The notes under the pieces are model-generated. The model had not been told where the DNA came from. It worked only from the letters and a program-made list of their open reading frames with translations, and ran no database searches. A DNA stretch of 64,000 nucleotides, taken from NCBI GenBank assembly GCA_036497565.1, contig DASXJE010000018.1, positions 5,313-69,312 of the forward strand, written 5' to 3'. The position numbers and the translations under genes are program-made. The first letter of the stretch is position 1, and each line of letters opens with the position of its first letter. Below, piece after piece: positions 1 through 12,200 of the stretch. This DNA is from Mycobacteriales bacterium. GTDB taxonomy: Bacteria > Actinomycetota > Actinomycetes > Mycobacteriales > QHCD01.

Positions 1-1
1 G

Positions 2-859
2 CGCGGCATCCTGCCGCGGGGCGGCACCATCCTCGGCACGTCGCGCACCAACCCGTTCAAGGTCGACGGCGCGCCCGAGCGGATCAAGGCCACCCTCGCC
101 CAGACCGGTGTCGACGCCCTCGTCGCGATCGGCGGCGAGGACACCCTCGGGGTCGCCAAGCGGCTCTACGACGAGGAGCAGGTGCCGGTCGTCGGCGTAC
201 CCAAGACGATCGACAACGACCTCGGCGCGACGGACTACACGTTCGGCTTCGACACCGCCGTCAACATCGCGATGGAGGCGATCGACCGGCTGCACACCAC
301 GGCCGAGTCGCACCACCGGGCGCTGATCGTCGAGGTGATGGGTCGGCACGCCGGCTGGATCGCGCTGCACGCCGGTATCGCCGGCGGGGCCAACGTCGTC
401 CTCATCCCGGAGCGCCCGTTCAACATCGCCCAGGTGTGCGCGTACATCGAGCACCGCTTCCAGGACCACTACGCGCCGATCGTCGTCGTCGCCGAGGGCG
501 CCGTGCCCGTCGAGGGCACGATGGAGCTGGCCACCGGCGAGCTCGACGCGTTCGGCCACGTGCGGCTCGGCGGGATCGGGCAGCACCTCGCCGACGAGAT
601 CGAGAAGCGCACCGGCAAGGAGGCGCGGACGGCCGTGCTGGGTCACATCCAGCGTGGCGGCACGCCGTCGGCGTACGACCGGGTCCTCGCGACGCGGTTC
701 GGGCTGCAGGCGATCGACGCGGCGCACGAGGGCGACTTCGGGAAGATGGTGGCGCTGCGCGGCACCGAGATGGTGCGGGTGCCGCTCGAGGAGGCGACCC
801 GCGAGCTCAAGACGGTCCCGGCCGAGCGCTACGCCGAGGCCGAGGTCTTCTTCGGCTGA
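2..859 (+). CDS. pfkA: 6-phosphofructokinase, group III (5' end outside window)
   Basis: Frame is open from base 2: [39 protein letters not shown] and LGHIQRGG are PFK motifs. Confidence 0.95.
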   Translation, partial: RGILPRGGTILGTSRTNPFKVDGAPERIKATLAQTGVDALVAIGGEDTLGVAKRLYDEEQVPVVGVPKTIDNDLGATDYTFGFDTAVNIAMEAIDRLHTTAESHHRALIVEVMGRHAGWIALHAGIAGGANVVLIPERPFNIAQVCAYIEHRFQDHYAPIVVVAEGAVPVEGTMELATGELDAFGHVRLGGIGQHLADEIEKRTGKEARTAVLGHIQRGGTPSAYDRVLATRFGLQAIDAAHEGDFGKMVALRGTEMVRVPLEEATRELKTVPAERYAEAEVFFG

Positions 860-869
860 GTAGCCGCGC

Positions 870-3402
<2,533 letters not shown>

Positions 3403-3406
<4 letters not shown>

Positions 3407-4041
3407 TTGAGCAGGCGGCGTACCTCGTCGTCGCCGACCGGCGCGAAGTCGCCGTAGAAGGAGCCCACCGCGCCGAAGTAATCCGGCGTGACGACGACCA
3501 GGACGTCGTCGGCGTCGGCCCGTAGCGACTCCATGCTTTCCGCCGGCCCGACCGGCACCGCGAGGACGAGCAGCGCGGGGTCGAGCGCCCGGACGGCCTG
3601 CAACGCGACCCGCGCCGATGCCCCCGTCGCCACCCCGTCGTCGACGACGACGACCCGGCGGCCGCTCGCGTCGATCGGCGGTCGATCGCCCCGCAGCGAC
3701 CGTTCGACGTCGTCCAGGACCGTGCGCTCGCGTGCGACCGCGGCCTCGAACTGATCGTCGGAGATGTCGCTTCGGACCAGCACCTGCTCGTTGCGGACGA
3801 CGGAACCGCCGCCGGCTATCGCGCCCATGGCGAGCTCGGTATGCCCGGGTACGCCGACCTTGCGGACGCAGAACACGTCGAGCTCGGCCCCGAGCCGGGC
3901 CGCGACGGCGGCTGCGACCGGGACACCGCCCCGCGGCAGGCCGAGCACCAGGACGTCGTCCGACGTCTCGAGGTCCGGGTGTGCGTCGGCGACGACCGCG
4001 CCGAGTCGCTCGCCCGCCTCCCACCGGTCGGCGAACCTCAC
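3403..4041 (-). CDS. Type I phosphoribosyltransferase family protein
   Basis: [20 protein letters not shown] and the PRPP-binding [13 protein letters not shown] motif. Confidence 0.85.
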
Positions 4042-4077
4042 CGGGCCGGACCCCTCGCCGCGGTCACCGCCATCCGG

Positions 4078-5118
4078 TCAGGCCGCCACATGCTCCGCGC
4101 CGCGGCGGCCGAGCAGCGCAGGGATCGTCGTCGCGGCGACGCCGAGCTCGTCGAGCAGATCACCGGAAAGCGCCTGCGCCCCGTCGCACAGGGCCGTCTC
4201 GGGGTGCGGGTGCACATCGACGATGACACCGTCGGCGCCGGCCGCCATCCCGGCCCGGGCGAGTGGTACGACGAGATCCCGCCGCCCCGCGGCGTGGGAC
4301 GGGTCGATGATGACCGGCAGGTGCGACATCGCATGCATGCTCGGGACGGCGGAGATGTCGAGGGTGTTGCGGGTCGCGGTCTCGAAGGTCCGGATTCCCC
4401 GCTCGCACAGCACGATGTCGAGATTGCCGCGTTGCGCGATGTATTCGGCGGCCATGAGCCATTCGTCGTACGTCGCGGCGAATCCGCGTTTGAGCATCAC
4501 CGGCCGACCGGACTCGCCCACCGCCTGCAGCAGCGCGAAGTTGCTCATGTTGCGGGTGCCGACCTGCAGCATGTCGGCGTATTCGACCACCGTGGGCACG
4601 TCGTTGGCGTCGACCACCTCGGTGACGATGGGCAGGCCGGTCTCGGTGCGCACGTCGGCGAGGATGCGCAGGCCGTCGGCGCCGAGTCCCTGAAACGCGT
4701 ACGGCGACGTGCGCGGCTTGTACGCACCGCCGCGCAGCAGCGTCGCGCCCGCGTGTCGGGCCATCTGGGCCGAGGCCAGGGTCTGCTCGGGCGACTCCAC
4801 CGCACAGGGCCCGGCGATCAGGGTGAAGGTGTCCGGCCCGATCGGGACACCGGCCACCGAGACGGTCGACGTCCTGGTGTGGTTCTCCCGGCTGACCAGC
4901 TTGTACGGCGAGGTGATCCGCAGCACCTCGGAGACACCCGGGAGCTGGGCGATGTCGACACCTTCGAGGTGGTCGAGCACGGCGTCGTCGCCGACCACCC
5001 CGACGATGGTGCGGGTGACGCCGCTGGACACGAAGGCCTGACCCCCGGCGTGCTCGACGTAGCGGACCACCTCGGCCAGGTCGTCGCTGCCCGCCTGCGA
5101 TGCCATCACGATGACCAT
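4078..5118 (-). CDS. aroF: Class I-beta DAHP synthase with N-terminal regulatory (ferredoxin-like/ACT-like) domain
   Basis: IAGPCAVES, RGGAYKPRTSPYAFQG, LCERGIRTF and DPSHAAG motifs. GAAGGAG RBS upstream. Confidence 0.92.
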   Translation of the reverse strand: MVIVMASQAGSDDLAEVVRYVEHAGGQAFVSSGVTRTIVGVVGDDAVLDHLEGVDIAQLPGVSEVLRITSPYKLVSRENHTRTSTVSVAGVPIGPDTFTLIAGPCAVESPEQTLASAQMARHAGATLLRGGAYKPRTSPYAFQGLGADGLRILADVRTETGLPIVTEVVDANDVPTVVEYADMLQVGTRNMSNFALLQAVGESGRPVMLKRGFAATYDEWLMAAEYIAQRGNLDIVLCERGIRTFETATRNTLDISAVPSMHAMSHLPVIIDPSHAAGRRDLVVPLARAGMAAGADGVIVDVHPHPETALCDGAQALSGDLLDELGVAATTIPALLGRRGAEHVAA

Positions 5119-5178
5119 GGGTCTCCTTCGGTGAACTGATGATCAGCTGCGGTCCGCAGCCCTGCCGACCGCCGCACG

Positions 5179-7284
5179 CTAGACCACGACGATCTGCACG
5201 GTCGAACCTCGCACCGCAAGCTGGTCGGCGTTGGGGTCCTGCTGGGCGACGAGGCCCAGCGCGCCGCCGAAGTAGACCTTGACCTCGACGGCGAACCCGG
5301 CCTCCTTGAGCCGTTGCGTCGCGTCGGGCACCGACAGACCGGTCACCTTGGGCACCGTCACGTAGTCCGGGCCCTTCGACACGACCAGCGCGACCGTGTC
5401 GCCGCGTACGACCGTGCCCGACGAGGGCTGCTCGCTGACCACCGAGCCCTTGTCGACGGAGGTGCTGAACTTCTGGGTGGTCGTGGTTTTGAGATTCGCC
5501 TGGTGCAGGACTGCCAGCGCGTGGTCGGCGGGCATGCCCGTGACCTTGGGTACGCCGAACGGCTTCGGCCCCCGGCTGACGACCACGACGACCTGCTGGT
5601 CGCGTCGCATCGCAGTGCCCGGCGTCGGGGTGACCGACACGACGTGATCGTTCGGGACCGTCTCGTTGTAGGCCGGCCGGTAGGTCGTCGCGAGCGGCAG
5701 CGTGTGCAGCAGCGCGACGGCCGCGGATTTCGTCCCGCCGACTATCGAGGTGGGCAGCGTGTAGCGCTCCGGACCGGCGGAGAGCCGCGCCTGCACCGTC
5801 GTACCGCGCACGACCCGGGCCCCGATGGAGGGGTGCGTCCACGCGACCGCACCGGGCGGCACGCTTTCGCTGTGCATCCGCGACGGCATGATCTGCAGGT
5901 CGACGTTGGAGGTCCGCGCGGCGTTCTGCGCCTGCGAGATCGTCAGCCGGGTCAACTTCGGCACCGAGGTGTAGCGGCCGCTGCCGAACCACCAGCCGGC
6001 GCCGGCGGCCAGCGCTCCGATCAACAGGATCACCAGCAGCCCGATCAGGAAACGCCTCCGGCGCCGGTGCTGCTCGTCGGTCGTGGACGGCTCGTCCGGG
6101 TCCGCGCCGTCGGCGGACATCGCGTCCCCGGGCGCTTCGTCGCCGGCCCGCGGCGCCGGTCGTGCGGCGGGTGGCGGTCCGGTGGGTGGTGGCGGGGGCA
6201 CGGCCGCGGCCGCCGGTCGTGCGGCCGCCGACGCGACCGTCGGCGCCATGTCGGCCGTCGGTGTCGGCGCGGGCGGAGACGGGCGATCGACCCCGATCGG
6301 TGAGGTCGCCCCGAGGACCGTCGTACGGTCGGTGTCGTCGTCGCGGCCGGTGTCGTCGCTGGTGTCGTCGTCGCCCGTGTCGCCGGGGTCCTCCGCCGCC
6401 GAGGGGTCGGTGGGGCGCGGCGGCACGGGGACCCGGCGCAGCCCGAGATCGGTGCGCACGTCGTACAGCTCGGCGAGGAAGGCACCGGCGTCGGCCGGGC
6501 GCGCACCGGGCTCGCGCCGCGTGGCCCGCATGGTGATCGCGTCGAGTTCGTCGGGCAGGCCGGGCACGATGGCCGACGGCGGCGGTACGTCGTCGTGCAC
6601 ATGCCGGTAGGCCACCGAGATCGGGTTGTCACCGGAGTAGGGCGCGTAGCCGGTGAGCATCTCGTAGAGCAGGATGCCGGCCGAGTAGACGTCGGTGCGC
6701 GGGTCGGTGGTGCCGCGGGACACCTGCTCCGGTGCGACGTAGGCCACGGTCCCGAGCACCATGCCGGTGGCCGTCGTCACCGCGGCCTGCGCGACGGCGC
6801 GGGCCAGGCCGAAGTCGGCGACCTTCACGACGCCGTCGTCGGCGAGCAGGACGTTCTCCGGCTTGACGTCGCGGTGCACGAGGCCGGCCCGGTGGGCCGC
6901 GGAGAGCGCGGCCAGGATCGGCTCGAGGAGGGACACCGCGAGGTCGGGTGCCAACCGGCGCTGCTCGTGGAGCAGGTCGCGCAGGGTCCGGCCGGAGACG
7001 AGCTCCATCACCAGGAACACCCGGCCGGCGTCCTCACCCTGGTCGTAGACGGAGACGACGTTGATGTGGGAGAGCCGGGCCGACGCGCGGGCCTCCCGGG
7101 TGAACCGGTCGACGAACGCCGGGTCCAGCGCGAGCGCCGGTGCCATGACCTTGATGGCCACCGTGCGTTCCAGCCGCAGGTCGGTTCCGGTGTAGACCGT
7201 CGACATTCCGCCGTGCGCCAGCGGGCCCTCGACCCGATAGCGACCGTCGAGGACCGAACCGACCAGAGGATCGGTCACGGCCAT
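5179..7284 (-). CDS. Transmembrane Ser/Thr protein kinase with four PASTA domains (PknL-position/PkaF-like)
   Basis: HRDVKPEN, DFGLA and GTVAYVAPEQ motifs, then a Pro/Asp-rich linker, one TM helix and four PASTA-like repeats ending in VSxG-type motifs. Confidence 0.92.
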   Translation of the reverse strand: MAVTDPLVGSVLDGRYRVEGPLAHGGMSTVYTGTDLRLERTVAIKVMAPALALDPAFVDRFTREARASARLSHINVVSVYDQGEDAGRVFLVMELVSGRTLRDLLHEQRRLAPDLAVSLLEPILAALSAAHRAGLVHRDVKPENVLLADDGVVKVADFGLARAVAQAAVTTATGMVLGTVAYVAPEQVSRGTTDPRTDVYSAGILLYEMLTGYAPYSGDNPISVAYRHVHDDVPPPSAIVPGLPDELDAITMRATRREPGARPADAGAFLAELYDVRTDLGLRRVPVPPRPTDPSAAEDPGDTGDDDTSDDTGRDDDTDRTTVLGATSPIGVDRPSPPAPTPTADMAPTVASAAARPAAAAVPPPPPTGPPPAARPAPRAGDEAPGDAMSADGADPDEPSTTDEQHRRRRRFLIGLLVILLIGALAAGAGWWFGSGRYTSVPKLTRLTISQAQNAARTSNVDLQIMPSRMHSESVPPGAVAWTHPSIGARVVRGTTVQARLSAGPERYTLPTSIVGGTKSAAVALLHTLPLATTYRPAYNETVPNDHVVSVTPTPGTAMRRDQQVVVVVSRGPKPFGVPKVTGMPADHALAVLHQANLKTTTTQKFSTSVDKGSVVSEQPSSGTVVRGDTVALVVSKGPDYVTVPKVTGLSVPDATQRLKEAGFAVEVKVYFGGALGLVAQQDPNADQLAVRGSTVQIVVV

Positions 7285-7409
7285 ACGCACACGGCCGAGT
7301 CTACGGTGGGCCACCGGCCCGTCCCGGGAGGCGGCACCGGGCCCGTGGAGACGCCGACGCGGCGTCGGATGAGGGGCCGGAGCCGGCCCCGGCGATAGGC
7401 TGATCCGCG

Positions 7410-8591
7410 ATGCCCCCCCACCGTATCGTCGTGGTCGGCGCCGGACTGGCCGGCGCGCGCACCTGCCAGGAGCTGCGTTCCCGCGGATACGGCCATGAGC
7501 TGATCCTGCTCGGTGCGGAGCCGCACCAACCCTACGACCGGCCGCCGCTGTCGAAGGCATTGCTTCGCGGCGCCCTCGACGGCCTGGACGACATCCGCCT
7601 CGACGTGGACCTCGACGCCCTCGACGTGCGATTCCTGCGGGAGACCTCGGCGCAGGCGCTGGCCCACGGCGTCCTCGCGACCTCGGTGGGCGACCTCACC
7701 TGGGACGCCCTCGTGCTGGCGACCGGCGCCCGGCCGCTGCGCCCGCGGGGAGACCGGGGCGCCCTGGTGCTGCGCACCGTCGACGACGCCTTGGCGCTTC
7801 GGTCCGGCCTGGTCGCGGGCGCCCGCGTGGTGATCGTCGGCGCCGGCTGGATCGGCGCAGAGGTCGCAACCGCCGCGGCGGGTTACGGCTGCACGGTGAC
7901 CGTCATCGAGGCGGCGCCGGCTCCGCTGGCCGTACCGCTCGGCGTACCGGTCGGAGCGCGGACGACGCCGTGGTACGCCGAGGCGGGGGTCACCCTGCGT
8001 ACCGGGACCCCGGTGGTCGAGACCGCGCCGGACGGGGTGCTGCTCGCCGACGGCGAGTGGTTGCCCGCCGACGTCGTGCTGGCCGCGGTCGGGGTCCGGC
8101 CGGACGTGGCGTGGCTGGACGGTTCGGGCGTCGAGACCGGGGTCGGCGTACACACCGACGCGGGCCTGCGTACGTCGCTGTCCGGAGTCCTCGCGGTCGG
8201 TGACTGCGCCACCCGATTCTCCCCGCGGGCCGGGCGCCGGCTGCGGCTCGAGCACTGGGACGACGCGCTGCACTCGCCCGAGGTGGTCGCGGCCACCCTG
8301 CTCGGCGAGGACGCGACGTACGACCCGGTGCCCTACGTGTGGTCCGAGCAGTTCGGCCGCTACGTGCAGTGGGTCGGCTGGCGCACCGGCGACCCGGCGG
8401 TCTGGCGCGGCGATCCGGCGGACGGGCAGGGGTGGGCCGCCGGGTGGCTCGACGGGTCGGGCCGGCTCACCGGCTTCCTCGCCGTCGACCGGCAACGCGA
8501 CCTGCTGCAGGCGCGCAAGCTGATCGCCGCCGGCCGCGAGCCCGATCCGGCCCGGCTCGCCGATCCCGCGGTCCCCGTCCGCGACGCCTGA
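7410..8591 (+). CDS. FAD-dependent oxidoreductase (ferredoxin reductase-like)
   Basis: GAGLAG, PYDRPPLSK, GAGWIGAE, GDCA and RLEHW motifs. Confidence 0.88.
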   Translation: MPPHRIVVVGAGLAGARTCQELRSRGYGHELILLGAEPHQPYDRPPLSKALLRGALDGLDDIRLDVDLDALDVRFLRETSAQALAHGVLATSVGDLTWDALVLATGARPLRPRGDRGALVLRTVDDALALRSGLVAGARVVIVGAGWIGAEVATAAAGYGCTVTVIEAAPAPLAVPLGVPVGARTTPWYAEAGVTLRTGTPVVETAPDGVLLADGEWLPADVVLAAVGVRPDVAWLDGSGVETGVGVHTDAGLRTSLSGVLAVGDCATRFSPRAGRRLRLEHWDDALHSPEVVAATLLGEDATYDPVPYVWSEQFGRYVQWVGWRTGDPAVWRGDPADGQGWAAGWLDGSGRLTGFLAVDRQRDLLQARKLIAAGREPDPARLADPAVPVRDA

Positions 8592-8656
8592 ACCAGGCGG
8601 TAGGGCGGCCCCGGGCGGCCCGACGGGCGCTCCGGGCGCCGTCCTAGGCTGGCCTG

Positions 8657-8992
8657 GTGAGCGAACCGAAGGAGTGGCTGACCCTGGCGGAGGTCGGGGA
8701 GCTGCTCGGCCAGTCCCCGAACCAGGTTCGCCGGCTCGTCCGCGACCACCACCTCATCGGCCTGCGCCGGGACCGGGGGTTGGAGGTCCCGGCCGACTTC
8801 GTCCTCGACGGCGTGGTCGTGAAGGGTCTGTCCGGGACGCTCGTCCTGCTCTTCGACGCCGGCTACACCGACGAGGAGGCACTGCGGTGGCTGTACGCCG
8901 CCGACGACACGCTTCCCGGTCGGCCGATCGACGCACTGCGCGAGAACCGCGGCACCGAGGTCAGGCGGCGGGCGCAGGCCGCCGGCTTCTGA
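8657..8992 (+). CDS. Rv2175c-family DNA-binding protein
   Basis: N-terminal HTH (WLTLAEVGELLG), then VVKGLSGTLVLLFDAGYTDEEALRWL and RPIDALRENRGTEVRRRAQ, typical of the family. Confidence 0.85.
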   Translation: MSEPKEWLTLAEVGELLGQSPNQVRRLVRDHHLIGLRRDRGLEVPADFVLDGVVVKGLSGTLVLLFDAGYTDEEALRWLYAADDTLPGRPIDALRENRGTEVRRRAQAAGF

Positions 8993-9007
8993 CCGGGCCG
9001 GCCGACC

Positions 9008-9340
9008 GTGCGGCTCACCTACCTGGCGCTGCTCGCCGGGTGCCTGCTGGTGACCCTGCCGCTCGAGCTGTGGCTGCACACCCGGGTCTACTCGCGACCT
9101 GCGCGCTGGCTCGGCGCCATCCTGCCGCCCGCGGTGATCTTCGTCGGGTGGGATCTGTACGCCGTGGCGCGCCACCAGTGGTGGTACGACCCGGCGCAGA
9201 CCGTCGGACTGCGGCTGCCCGGCCGGCTCCCGATCGAGGAGGTCGGGTTCTTCCTCGTCGTACCGACCTGCGCGATCCTCGCCTTCGAGGCGGTACGCGC
9301 GGTGACCGGCTGGACCGCGGGCGACGAGGGCGCGCCGTGA
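9008..9340 (+). CDS. crtYc: Heterodimeric lycopene cyclase subunit
   Basis: Small hydrophobic protein with WDLYAV and LPIEEVGFF (PxEE motif). Confidence 0.8.
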   Translation: MRLTYLALLAGCLLVTLPLELWLHTRVYSRPARWLGAILPPAVIFVGWDLYAVARHQWWYDPAQTVGLRLPGRLPIEEVGFFLVVPTCAILAFEAVRAVTGWTAGDEGAP

Positions 9341-9645
9341 GCTACACCGTGCTCGCGTTCGCCGCGGCCGCGGCCGTGGTGGTCGTCGACCTGCTCGTGC
9401 TGCGCACCCGGCTGCTGATCCGGCCGATCTTCTGGACCGCGGAGGCGATCGTGCTGGCGTTCCAGCTGATCGTCAACGGCGTCCTGACCGGTCGCGGGGT
9501 CGTCCGTTACAACCCGCACGACATCATCGGCGCTCGGCTGGTCCATGCGCCGATCGAAGACCTCTTCTTCGGCTTCGCGTTGGTGACGCTCACGCTGTCG
9601 TTGTGGGTCTGGCTCGGCCGGCGAGCGGCGGCGCGGGCCGGATAG
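9337..9645 (+). CDS. crtYd: Heterodimeric lycopene cyclase subunit
   Basis: IVNGVLT and APIEDLFFGFA motifs. GTGA overlap with the upstream subunit. Confidence 0.8.
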   Translation: MSYTVLAFAAAAAVVVVDLLVLRTRLLIRPIFWTAEAIVLAFQLIVNGVLTGRGVVRYNPHDIIGARLVHAPIEDLFFGFALVTLTLSLWVWLGRRAAARAG

Positions 9646-9684
9646 GTGTTGCCTCGGCGCGGTCGGGTCGACAAGGATCGCGCC

Positions 9685-10038
9685 ATGGCGAGCAGCTGGT
9701 ACACGGTGGTCATCGATTCACACGACATCCACGCGCAGGCGCGCTTCTGGGCGGCGGTCCTCGGCTACGACATCGTCTTCGAGGTCGAGGAAGAGGTCGC
9801 CGTGGCGAAGAACGACCACACCTACCCGGGTCTGGTCTTCGTCCCGGTGCCCGAGACGAAGACGATCAAAAACCGGCTGCACATCGACCTCAATCCCGAC
9901 GACCAGAACGCCGAAGTCGAGCGGCTGCTTGCCCTCGGGGCGACCCGGACCGATGTCGGGCAGGGCGACAAGCCCTGGGTCGTGCTGGCCGACCCGGAAG
10001 GCAACGAGTTCTGCGTGCTCACCGCTCGCGAGGGGTAA
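9685..10038 (+). CDS. VOC/glyoxalase-like family protein
   Basis: ARFWAAVLG, KNRLHIDL and WVVLADPEGNEFCV motifs. Confidence 0.9.
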   Translation: MASSWYTVVIDSHDIHAQARFWAAVLGYDIVFEVEEEVAVAKNDHTYPGLVFVPVPETKTIKNRLHIDLNPDDQNAEVERLLALGATRTDVGQGDKPWVVLADPEGNEFCVLTAREG

Positions 10039-12064
10039 CAGCCACCATCTGGTGCCCGTCGATCCGCGGAACGGCGAAGTCGACGCGGGATCCGATCTGG
10101 TGGAACGGTAGATCGACGCCCTGCGGCTCGAGCCGGACGCTCCCGGTCTCAGTTGTGGTGCGCAGTGACACGTCGACGTCGAAGAGCGGCAGCACGTCCT
10201 CCACCGTGTCGAACTCCGTGCCCCGCCGTTCGGGGATGTAGTGCAGCAGGTGGACGACGTCGCGCCGATGCTGCGGCTGACTGGTCACCGACACCTCGAG
10301 CGTGCTCGGACCGCCATGCCGTACGACGGGATCGGGCAACAACAGTCCGACCGCAGCGAGGAACACGGTTTTGACCCATCGCGGTGCGTTGGTCTCGTAC
10401 TGCGTGTGGATCGGATGGCAGAAATAGACCACGCGGCCGCGGCGGACGACGGCGGGGCCGGCGGTCTCGCCGGTCGACGGGGCCTGCAGGTGGGAGATGT
10501 AGTGCTCCCAGGTGCGGTCGAAGTAGGGCAGCACGAGGTCGGCGAGGATCTCGGCGTCCGGGCTTGCGGACACGTCGAGACCGCGGATGTACATCGGGTG
10601 CTCGACGGTAGGCAGCCGGTCGGTGAGTCCAGTTCGCGGCCGCAGGTATTGGCAGTAGTCGTGTCGGTCGTAGACCTTCCCGCGGGCCGGCTCGCCGCGG
10701 GAGTCGCGCGGGCCGTCCGACTCGACCTGCACGCCCCACTCGGCCAGGGCGAAGTCGTCGCCCTCGACCGCCAGTCCCGACTCGTAGCTGGCGACGACCG
10801 ACCCGCCGTCGTCCAGGTAGCGGCGCAGCTTCGCCGCAACGACGGGCGTCAGGCGGATGTGGTCGGGCAGCACCAGGAGCCGGTAACGGGCCAGGTCGGC
10901 GGCGGAGTCGATGACGTCGAACTGGTGACCGCCCTCGACGAGCATCCGGACCGCACCCTGAATGCCCGGCGGCAGGTTCATCACCCCGCCGCCGAGGTTC
11001 TCCTCGGGGTTGAAGACGCCGATGTCCACCCGGGGGAGGGCTTGTGCGCACCAAGGTTCCTTGTGTTCCACCTGGGCGTAGACGTCGCCGACCACCCGGT
11101 AGGTCTCCGGATCCAGCACGCCCTTCGGGTGCAGCTGGTCCCCGATCGAACACCCCGCGCCCTGGGCGAGCATCCGGAATACCTCGTACTCCAGGGCCGC
11201 CGGGTTCTTCGTCGAGTGGAAGTCGCCCCACGTCGTATGGAACTTGCCGGTGGTGCCGACCACGTCCGGGCCGAGCGTCCGCGCGTAGCGGCCGGTGACC
11301 GGGAAGTACATGTAGCCCCAGCCACCGCTCGGCAGCGTCTCGAGCTCGAACTGGGTGTACGCCTCGGCGACCGTACGGTGCCGGAGACCTACGTGCCCGC
11401 CGTTGTAGGTCACCGGGCAGCCGGGCTGGATCGACCGGACGAAGGCTGAGAGTTCGAGCTCGAAGTCGTTGACGGTCTCCACGCCGAACTGCTCCACCCG
11501 GCGGGCGTCGGACGGATCCCATCCGCGCTCGCGCATTCCGCGCCGGCAGTAGCCGCAGACACAGTGGTCGGGGCGGATGAAGTCGAAGTAGAGGCCGTCG
11601 ACCGGGAGCGACGCCAGGATCTCCGCCGCGTGCTCCTTCATGAAGTCGCGGAACGGCGAGTTCAGGCACAGCTTGCGGTAGAAACCGGCTTCGAACGGCG
11701 GGGTCCCCTCGAGCCGGCCGTCGGCCAGCACGATGCGCCACTCGGGGTGCGCCTGCACGGTCAGGTCGTCCCATTGGACCGTGGTGTAGATCGGCACCCG
11801 GATTCCCAGCGCGTGGCAGGCGTCGATCTGCTCGGCGAGCAACGCGCGATCGAGTGTCGGATGCTTGCGGTCGGCGAGCTGCGTGCTGTCGTAGTAGACC
11901 CAGCCGTGGTGGCAGCGGGCGAAACAGAGCACGGAGTTGACGTGCGCGTCGGCCAGTGTCTTCGCGAATCCGGCCGGATCGAAGTCCGCTCCGACGCCGG
12001 GGATGAGGCCGGAGGTGTGGAAGTCGAGGTGTATCTGGCGGAGAACGGTGGGCGACGATTGCAT
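10019..12064 (-). CDS. Glycoside hydrolase, GH151-like putative alpha-L-fucosidase with beta-galactosidase trimerisation-type domain
   Basis: RQIHLDFHTS, FARCHHGW, GKFHTTWGDF and IGDQLHPKG motifs. No signal peptide visible. Confidence 0.7.
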   Translation of the reverse strand: MQSSPTVLRQIHLDFHTSGLIPGVGADFDPAGFAKTLADAHVNSVLCFARCHHGWVYYDSTQLADRKHPTLDRALLAEQIDACHALGIRVPIYTTVQWDDLTVQAHPEWRIVLADGRLEGTPPFEAGFYRKLCLNSPFRDFMKEHAAEILASLPVDGLYFDFIRPDHCVCGYCRRGMRERGWDPSDARRVEQFGVETVNDFELELSAFVRSIQPGCPVTYNGGHVGLRHRTVAEAYTQFELETLPSGGWGYMYFPVTGRYARTLGPDVVGTTGKFHTTWGDFHSTKNPAALEYEVFRMLAQGAGCSIGDQLHPKGVLDPETYRVVGDVYAQVEHKEPWCAQALPRVDIGVFNPEENLGGGVMNLPPGIQGAVRMLVEGGHQFDVIDSAADLARYRLLVLPDHIRLTPVVAAKLRRYLDDGGSVVASYESGLAVEGDDFALAEWGVQVESDGPRDSRGEPARGKVYDRHDYCQYLRPRTGLTDRLPTVEHPMYIRGLDVSASPDAEILADLVLPYFDRTWEHYISHLQAPSTGETAGPAVVRRGRVVYFCHPIHTQYETNAPRWVKTVFLAAVGLLLPDPVVRHGGPSTLEVSVTSQPQHRRDVVHLLHYIPERRGTEFDTVEDVLPLFDVDVSLRTTTETGSVRLEPQGVDLPFHQIGSRVDFAVPRIDGHQMVAVTPRER

Positions 12065-12200
12065 GGCGCAGTCCTTCCCGGCTTGCATCACTCTTCGCAA
12101 ACCGTGGCGGAATGCGGTTCCGCCCAAATGCTATGGCCGCTAGGTTTTCCGGACAAGCATGCTCCGGGCGGTGGGTCCGGGCTCGGAGGGCGGAACGGTG

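Noticed and set aside
6060-6450. Low-complexity repeats in the kinase linker (also PGNPNPGNPG near 41480-41530)
   Set aside because: Ordinary Pro/Asp-rich disordered linkers with no regular DNA repeat unit.
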